Origin: Eledone cirrhosa
Taxonomy: Eukaryota
Assembly (NCBI GenBank): GCA_964016885.1
Contig: OZ024744.1
Coordinates: 57,598,001 to 57,662,000 of the forward strand
DNA: 64,000 nt
Direction of reading: 5' to 3'
In this document: positions 56,521 through 64,000 of the stretch, piece by piece
Numbering within the stretch: position 1 is the stretch's first letter
How the letters are laid out: each line of letters begins with the position of its first letter
Translations under genes and position numbers: made by a program
The notes under the pieces: generated by a model
What the model was told of the DNA's origin: nothing
Seen by the model: the letters and a program-made list of their open reading frames with translations, nothing else
Databases searched by the model: none

Positions 56521-56820
56521 TATATTAGTATATATATATATATATATATATAAATATATATATATATTAGTATATATATATAAATATATATATATATTAG
56601 TATATATATATATATATATAGTAGTATATATTAGTATGCAAAAGCAAATATTTATGATATAACACTATACATGTATGACTCCTTTTTGTTTCCAATTCTC
56701 ATTTATTAGAAAACTCGATGTGAATCCAATGAAATTATTATAACGCAAAAGCAGCTGTGTGAAGAAAACAAGAATTTCTCCTAAATCAGAATTTTTTACT
56801 CTCCTATTTTCAACGAAACT

Positions 56821-59800
56821 ATGTTTGAAAGCCAAGATGCTATAGATTTAAAACAACTGAAACATTCAACTGGACGAATAGTAGCAGATGTGAAACATTT
56901 ACCTCCGAAGCCATCAAAATTTGCTGTGCAAAGTAGACGCATCAACTGTCAGATGTGTGTCAATGTACTTCGAAAGCATGCCATTAGGAAATCACCATTT
57001 AGATCTGATTCAATCTACTTCCCCAAGAAACAAGTCAGACACGTAAGTATATACAGTCCTGTGCATTGCAGTTTAAAGAACGATCTGGTTGGAAAGTCTA
57101 GTAATAAAATCTATACACCCAAAAAAAATAGCAGCAGTACAGAATACGCTGCTAGAAACATGAAAACAGACAAGGATCATTATCAGTTTGAAGTGATTAG
57201 CAAATTGTTTGGTCAGAAGTTGAAAGAAGACAAAGTTTCTACACCAGGTATTGTTTTGTACACTATGGGCTTCACTGTATTGTGTGCTTCTGGCTATATG
57301 TATGTTTTGCACCCAAAACTAAATTTTTCCCATAAAAAGTTCCACTCCAGGAGAATACTTCCAACAAAGTCAAAAATACGACTAAAGACCAAAATCAGTC
57401 TAATATTTGAAACATTTAACTCACAAGAATTTCCTGAAAAAGGTTCTAAATTTTTGTTTGATAATAAAGACAAGATATGTGATCAACGTCCTGACCTGGA
57501 ATGTTTTCAATGTACAGCACAGAAATACTCTAAAATAATTGACTCTTTACCAATTAATATTGATGAATTGAATCTGTGCCACAAATATAGGAACAGTGCA
57601 TCATCTATCTATGAACTAAACAGTGCAAAATATTACACCAGTCATTTTTCAGTGTTTGGCAATGATATTTTTGAAATAATATTGGATTTCTGTCAACCAA
57701 CGTTGGAAGTAATTATCATATTATTGATCAATTTAGAATTTCATGTGCCTTTCCTTTTAAAAGCACAGGAAAAAGTAATTGAATTTTGGGATGAATTTTA
57801 CATTGAGTATTTGAAATCTTTGATTATGAAAACGATCCAACTTCAAAAATTAAATCTGAGATTGGGTAATTCCTGTTGGAAAATTGTGTTTTTAATGACA
57901 GACCTAATTATAATCAACAATATCAATGTGAATGAATTGAATTACATGTTAGTGATAATCTTTCCTGAAGCTTTTGGTGGTTTTGAAAATTTTCCTAGAC
58001 ACAAATTGGCTGCATATATATTTGCTGTTAATGGTATATGTAGGATACATCAAATGTTGCGATATTTAAAAGATAATGCCTTTTCATTTGATATACGTAC
58101 CCGATATAATCGTGTTAGAAATTTACGTGATAGGTTCTCTAAAGGAAACCATTTATCATGGAAGGTACCAAAGGAGCACTGTAAGCCTTTAATTCCAAGT
58201 AATATATCAGCCCCACCTGCATTAATAACAGATATAAGAGCTAGATATTTTTGCTTTTTCAGACAGCTATCTTGTCATAAGTTAGCCAAACCAATAGATT
58301 TTATTGCTGATCTGGCAATGTTTGATGCTACTGAAGCCAAATTATTTCTTATGAAAGCAAATATATTGAAAGCTATTGAACTGTGGTTGTCACCAGCAGC
58401 TATTAAACCCAAAGAGATTTATTTTAGAAATAATCTCTATGTTAAAGTATATCAGTCATTCAATGAGATTTATCTTTGTAAGAATCTGTTTGATTGTTCA
58501 CATATTTATTTGCAAATTAAATTATTTGAAAAGGCAACTATGCTGGTGATTATATGGAAAACATCAGTCATGTTGTTTGCTTTTGGTTCATTCAAACTTG
58601 TATTTCTTACAAAAAACACTCTTTCAAACATCAAGGCTTCTGTCGAGAATTTTTATTCTGCTCTTGCTAATTATATACGTTTCCAACGAGGAATCACTTT
58701 TTATTTAGAATTATACATTAAATCAGAACTAAGGGAACAGAGTTGTTTGGAAAAATTTACACACAATTTAGAGTGGGGGAAATATGGGATAAAACATATA
58801 TTTTTAGATGATATGAAAACGAAAATCATGAATTTCTGTAAATTTAATACAAGAATGTTAATGATTATGGCTAGAAGATATTTTTTGAGAAATTTTGATG
58901 ACCAATCAGACGTAGACTACTACGAAAATAAATTTTTACTATCAAATATTTTATGTTTCTTAAGTTATGAAAAATATTTATCATTTGCTAATCAGTTGAG
59001 AATTTTAACTGAGAATCTGTTAAATTTATCTTACATGGTAGATACACAAAACACTTCTCTAACTCTAATTTACACTATTATAGATTATCCTTCTCTGAGG
59101 GACCCACTACACTGCATTTCTTCACTCAATTATAGATATAGTGTCCAATGTGTAAATTTCAGTCTAAACGGATTTCAGCTGTGGATAGATTTTCCATTTT
59201 CCAATTTACATTTAGAAAGAAATAGGCAATTATGTGCAGACACACAAACTTATCCATCTTTGTGTATGGGCTATGATAAAATGAATAGATTATCAAAGGT
59301 GAATATCTTCTGCAAATACTTTTTATCAATAGAGCAAACTAAAATAAAATGTCTAACTTCTTCTTTCATTAAGACATATATTTCAAGAATATTTACATTC
59401 AGTTTTCATGTAACTACATTATATTGTAATAGAATACATATGAGAAAACAATTTAAAGAATATCTACATGTAGGAAAAACTAACTTAGATTATATTACTT
59501 CCATAGTAAAATATGAAGAAAAGTATTTTAAAATGTCCTGTAGATTTTCTATATGTGAAAAAGCCTTTAGATTGAGACCATTTAATCCCAAGCAATTACA
59601 TAATTTTGTTACAAACAAAGAAACTTTGCAGACAATATCAGTAGTAAAAGGAAATGATTTTGGCGAGTTGTGGGGAGATTCTGTCAGTTTGAAACAACTT
59701 TTTTTTGGCTTAAAAAATAAATCCAATTTTCTAAAATCAGATTTATTTTTAAATACTTCTCCAGCAACGCTGCTTTATCTCAAGTCTTCAACAACGCAGT

Positions 59801-60696
59801 TTTTTAAAAGCTTTTTAAATGAAATCCCAATCTTAAACATGACATATTCATTGTGTAAAATGCCTGTTGAAAATTCTTCAAAGCCCGAAAGGAATGATTT
59901 CTTTGATGTACCGTGTCACCTTACAGAATCATCGCCAAAACGCAGCTGTTTGGATGAGTATTCATCAGAATCAGAAATTGTTGTCTCCGCTTCTTTTAGT
60001 GATGCTAAAAATTTCAGCAATGCACAAAATAATCCCAATTATAGACTATTGCATCATACGCAGTTAGCAAGTTGTGTGTCTTCCTCCTCTAACTTGTGCA
60101 GCCAGGTAGCAACTGATTTCATTTTACAGTCTCCTCCCCTGCATTTCTCTGGATCTTTAACTAGTTGTGAGGAATCTAACCACAGCTTTTATTTACCCGA
60201 TATGGACAACACAATGCAAGCTAGACAAAATTCTGAACTGCTTGACATATCAAATGTATCGGCACCAACTTATGCTTTTATGAAGGATTCACATTATCAT
60301 GGAGATTTCCAAGGAGATTATCAAGGAGATACATATTCTGAGAGTGGTCAAGCTTATATCTATCCACAACCAATAGCTACACTGAAAAAGCCAATGATTC
60401 AAAGAACAATTCCATATTTAGATATGAACAGCATCAGTAACTATCAGGCTGTAAATTTTCCTCAACCTATTGCTAATGGATATGAATCCTTAGCCAGCAA
60501 GTTCCATAGAAAACCAATTCCTCATTTCTCAGACTCTTCACTTAAAGAAACTTCTATGAGGCGAAAGACAAAGAGATACCATCGGAAATTTTCTGCTTTT
60601 CCACCCGATCCTGAGTTTGAAGCAGCTTTCCGCAGAACAATGGTCGAACAATTTGCAACTTTCACAAACTACCCATTTGAGTTTAGCAAATGGTAA
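56821..60696 (+). CDS. Uncharacterised 1291-aa protein, single uninterrupted ORF
   Basis: 3876 nt without an in-frame stop in very AT-rich, non-repetitive DNA; no recognisable domain or TE motif; basic N-terminus, hydrophobic/aromatic core, Ser/Pro-rich C-terminus. Confidence 0.75.
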   Translation: MFESQDAIDLKQLKHSTGRIVADVKHLPPKPSKFAVQSRRINCQMCVNVLRKHAIRKSPFRSDSIYFPKKQVRHVSIYSPVHCSLKNDLVGKSSNKIYTPKKNSSSTEYAARNMKTDKDHYQFEVISKLFGQKLKEDKVSTPGIVLYTMGFTVLCASGYMYVLHPKLNFSHKKFHSRRILPTKSKIRLKTKISLIFETFNSQEFPEKGSKFLFDNKDKICDQRPDLECFQCTAQKYSKIIDSLPINIDELNLCHKYRNSASSIYELNSAKYYTSHFSVFGNDIFEIILDFCQPTLEVIIILLINLEFHVPFLLKAQEKVIEFWDEFYIEYLKSLIMKTIQLQKLNLRLGNSCWKIVFLMTDLIIINNINVNELNYMLVIIFPEAFGGFENFPRHKLAAYIFAVNGICRIHQMLRYLKDNAFSFDIRTRYNRVRNLRDRFSKGNHLSWKVPKEHCKPLIPSNISAPPALITDIRARYFCFFRQLSCHKLAKPIDFIADLAMFDATEAKLFLMKANILKAIELWLSPAAIKPKEIYFRNNLYVKVYQSFNEIYLCKNLFDCSHIYLQIKLFEKATMLVIIWKTSVMLFAFGSFKLVFLTKNTLSNIKASVENFYSALANYIRFQRGITFYLELYIKSELREQSCLEKFTHNLEWGKYGIKHIFLDDMKTKIMNFCKFNTRMLMIMARRYFLRNFDDQSDVDYYENKFLLSNILCFLSYEKYLSFANQLRILTENLLNLSYMVDTQNTSLTLIYTIIDYPSLRDPLHCISSLNYRYSVQCVNFSLNGFQLWIDFPFSNLHLERNRQLCADTQTYPSLCMGYDKMNRLSKVNIFCKYFLSIEQTKIKCLTSSFIKTYISRIFTFSFHVTTLYCNRIHMRKQFKEYLHVGKTNLDYITSIVKYEEKYFKMSCRFSICEKAFRLRPFNPKQLHNFVTNKETLQTISVVKGNDFGELWGDSVSLKQLFFGLKNKSNFLKSDLFLNTSPATLLYLKSSTTQFFKSFLNEIPILNMTYSLCKMPVENSSKPERNDFFDVPCHLTESSPKRSCLDEYSSESEIVVSASFSDAKNFSNAQNNPNYRLLHHTQLASCVSSSSNLCSQVATDFILQSPPLHFSGSLTSCEESNHSFYLPDMDNTMQARQNSELLDISNVSAPTYAFMKDSHYHGDFQGDYQGDTYSESGQAYIYPQPIATLKKPMIQRTIPYLDMNSISNYQAVNFPQPIANGYESLASKFHRKPIPHFSDSSLKETSMRRKTKRYHRKFSAFPPDPEFEAAFRRTMVEQFATFTNYPFEFSKW

Positions 60697-61436
60697 GACT
60701 GTTTTAGCTATGATATTACTACTTAGTTGCTGTTCAAATTTTTTTTTTTTTATTTAGTACGTCTGGAGGAAGAATCTGTGCCCATGACCATTGCAGGTCC
60801 CCCAATATTGATAAGATTGATGTTATTCATGTTAGATTAAATTTTTACATGTTGCTACTTGCAAGAAAGATGTGCAAGGAGAGAATTCCCGAGGGTTGGC
60901 AGTTAGAGGAAGAAGGACTGTGTGAAGTGGCTAGTGCAGGGCTTAAGGATGTTAGATACAATATGGTTGAATGAGGTGGAGGTGGCATGAGGCCAGCCAG
61001 ATCTGAGGAACAGAGGCCATTGTAGTAGCAGTAGAAAAGGCAGAAAGAGGAGACAGGGTGTTTGTGAGCCATATAATGGGGAATGTTTATCAGTGACTTC
61101 ATGTCAATTAGATGAGTTGCCTTTTTCAGGATGTGATCTAGGATGTTTGTATGTGTGGCAGCAGCAGCACTGTCCCAGATGTGTAAAGTTAAATGAATGT
61201 CATATCTTTTTTAGAAATCATAATACTAGAGTGTTAGATATATTGATTATTTTTCTTCTTTTATTCAATTTTTCACTGGCTTCAATCATTGGGTTGTAGC
61301 CATGCTGGAGCAAGGAATTTTAGTTTATCATATCAACCCCAGTAGTTATTTTTAAAGTACGATACCTATTTTATCAGTCTATTTGTTGAAGTGCTAAGTT
61401 ACAAGACATAAACAAACATTAATGTAGCTACAGATA

Positions 61437-61627
61437 TGGCGGTGGACTGGCAGTATCGGTAGAGGGTCGGACACCATGCTTTGACGCATAGAGTTATGGC
61501 CCTTGCCATTCTGAGTTCAAATCCCGCTGAGGTTAACTTTGCCTTTCATCCTTACGGGGTCGATAAAATAATGTACCAGTAATGCACTGGGTAATTGCTG
61601 GCCTTGTGCCAAAAAGTAGAAACAATT
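61437..61627 (+). mobile_element. tRNA-derived SINE with target-site duplication
   Basis: A box tggcagtatcgg, B box gagttcaaatcc; ttaatgtagctacagatatgg repeated on both sides (~61419 and ~61626). Confidence 0.85.
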
Positions 61628-62409
61628 AATGTAGCTACAGATATGGAGACACACATACACACACATACAGTCTTCTGTTACACTAAAACCTGAGTGGGAC
61701 TAAACCTCAAACCATGTGGTTCCAAAGTAACCATCTTAACCTCACAGCTATGCCTGCATTTATATATATTAGTGCTAGCTGAGCTACCCGGTGATTCCCA
61801 GGTATTTTATTAAAGTTACAATATTTGACCATTGAAATATGATTGCTGAATTTTAACTAAAGTAGGAATTATAGCAGAATATTTATTGCCATTTGTTTAA
61901 AGCAAATCATGTAGATAAAAATATTAGTTTTGTCCAATGGTCCAGTGGTGCTTTTTTTTAATACTGCTCCCTATTACAGTCAGCATATATAATGCTTCGC
62001 ACTTGGAAGAATCATTAGGTATGTTGTCAGTGAAAAGGGCATGACCCAAAAAATAAATTTAGATTTTATTTATCCTTTTTTTTTTCCACAATCAGAACCT
62101 CTGAAATTCAAACAAAATGTGAAGGCTATTTTAAAAAGCATAAATAAAATAAAATAAAAAATAAATTTACCATTGGCTTATGAATGGCTGCCTATAACAA
62201 AGCACTACCTGACATCACTCATCCTCCTCAAGATTACCACTGCAAAACAACACTTATTACTCTTTCCTTCTCCTGCTGAAGAATGACTCCCTTTCTCAAC
62301 AACTTGTAGTTCCCCCTTACCCTGCTCCCATCTTCCACCTAAAGTCATATCACTGCCTTTCCCTGCTTGGCCAAGGAAACAAGGAGTCCATTAATACCTT
62401 AATGTTATA

Positions 62410-62850
62410 AAGTAGTAGTGCTGGTGTCACAATAAAATACTCGCAGCCCACTCTGTAAAGTGGGTGTGTTTATGTTACAATGAAATGCACCCTGTAAAGT
62501 GGTAGTGTTGTTGCCTTGAGAAAATGCACTCAGTCAGCCCCTGTAAGGTGGTTGTGCTTGTGCCACAATAAAATGTACACAATGCACTCTGTAAACTGAT
62601 AGGACTGGTGCTATAAGAAAATGCACCCAGTCCACTCTGAAAATTAGTAGTGTTGGTGCCACAAGAAGATGCATCTGGTCCACTCTGTAAAATGGTTGTT
62701 TTGGTACCACAATAAAATGTATCCAGTACATAGAAATTTTGCTAAAATGGAATGTATGAACAAGAATTGGTTATCTGATCTGTCTAGTTTCAGAACATGG
62801 CAACCCATCTAACACATGCCAGAATAGAAAACACACAAAACAGTGATGTT
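62410..62850 (+). mobile_element. Decayed RTE-derived SINE with ~43-bp tandem units
   Basis: Same unit as 38860-39200. Confidence 0.7.
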
Positions 62851-62869
62851 TTATATATATATATATACA

Positions 62870-63192
62870 TGTGAAGGCAAATAGCTTTGAGGCTAGAGCA
62901 TTTGGCTAGCAATTGTGAGTTCAATTTTCAGACCAGGTGATATGTTGTGTCCTTGAGAAAGACACTTTATTTCATATTACTCTAGTTCACTCAGCTGTAG
63001 AACTGAGTTGCAATGTCACCCAAGTTTTATCAGCCTTTGCTCTTCCTTGGACATCATCAGTGGCATAGAGAGGGGAGACTGGTATGCATGAGAAACTGGT
63101 GGTCTTCCACAAACAACCTTACCTAGATTTGTGCCTCGGAGGGGAACTTTCTAGGTGCTGATCCCATGGCCATTCGTGACCAAAGGGGTTCT
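62870..63192 (+). mobile_element. tRNA-derived SINE (second family)
   Basis: ggctagagcatttggc..gtgagttcaattttcagacc..gtgtccttgagaaagacacttt; homologous to 8975-9105. Confidence 0.75.
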
Positions 63193-63306
63193 ATGTATAT
63201 ATATATATAAATATATGAACATGCTAATATTGACTATCTATAATGAAATCATATATATATATATATATATATATGAACATGCTAATATTGACTATCTATA
63301 ATGTAA

Positions 63307-63340
<34 letters not shown>

Positions 63341-64000
63341 GAACATGCTAATATTGACTATCTATAATGTAATTATATGTATATACATATATTATTACAT
63401 TATAGATATTCAATATTAGCATGTCCATGCATTATTATGCATATTTGAGCAACAACAGCTTCCATGTTTTTTACATTATTTACCCACTGGTGCAACGAAA
63501 GGACAAAGTTTTACATTATCGAGTAGATTATTATACTGATCTTGTTTTACAAAATACTTCAGAACATGAAATTTGGCTCAAATCCTCTGATGAAACATAA
63601 AAGAAAGAACTTTTAGAGTTGTTAAAAAGAAACTTAAAGTTTGTCCCAAACCAAGAGATTCATCAGCTGGCAACTTATCCAGGCTTCTGTGCTATTAAGC
63701 AACAGAGTACAAGATTCTCTTGCATAGGACACTAGTCTATTCCAGGATTAGCCTCTAGTTACTGTTGCTGATACTCATTCTGATTCCAAACATGTATATA
63801 GCTACAATCACCAGGAATAAAGTCATGGTAATTTGAACAATAGGTCAATGTTTGACAGCTATATTACCTAGGGCTTATCATTTTTTCAACTTTTAGTTAG
63901 ATTTAACTGAAATCTTGGGAATAGTGTTATTTGTTCCAAAATCTACTCCTATGCCAAGTTTCACTAAAATCAAAGAGGTGATAGTATTATTTCCAATTTT

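Noticed and set aside
61437-61530. tRNA gene
   Set aside because: A and B boxes are present but there is no cloverleaf; multi-copy SINE head with TSD
63585-63620. CTGATGA..GAAA motif
   Set aside because: No stem II pairing; likely chance or heavily decayed

Overview
AT-rich animal (metazoan) genomic DNA; the repeat content (huge (TA)n/(TATG)n tracts, RTE and CR1 LINE relics, tRNA-derived SINEs, Penelope-like GIY-YIG elements) suggests a cephalopod such as octopus (inference). Most listed ORFs are microsatellite translation artefacts. The only host-like coding sequence is an uninterrupted 1291-aa ORF with no recognisable domain (56821-60696). The most notable structure is a non-coding 310-bp tandem array at 47241-49877. 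It has about 4.9 units on the - strand joined head-to-head to about 3.6 units on the + strand, and every unit carries a minimal type I hammerhead ribozyme inside a highly self-complementary monomer. This fits a retrozyme / circular-RNA-like element. About 15 further intact or decayed hammerhead motifs from several families are scattered through the window, including U3-A8 core covariants, mostly in Penelope-like ends and fold-back insertions within TA microsatellites. All motif calls were made by eye and element boundaries are approximate.
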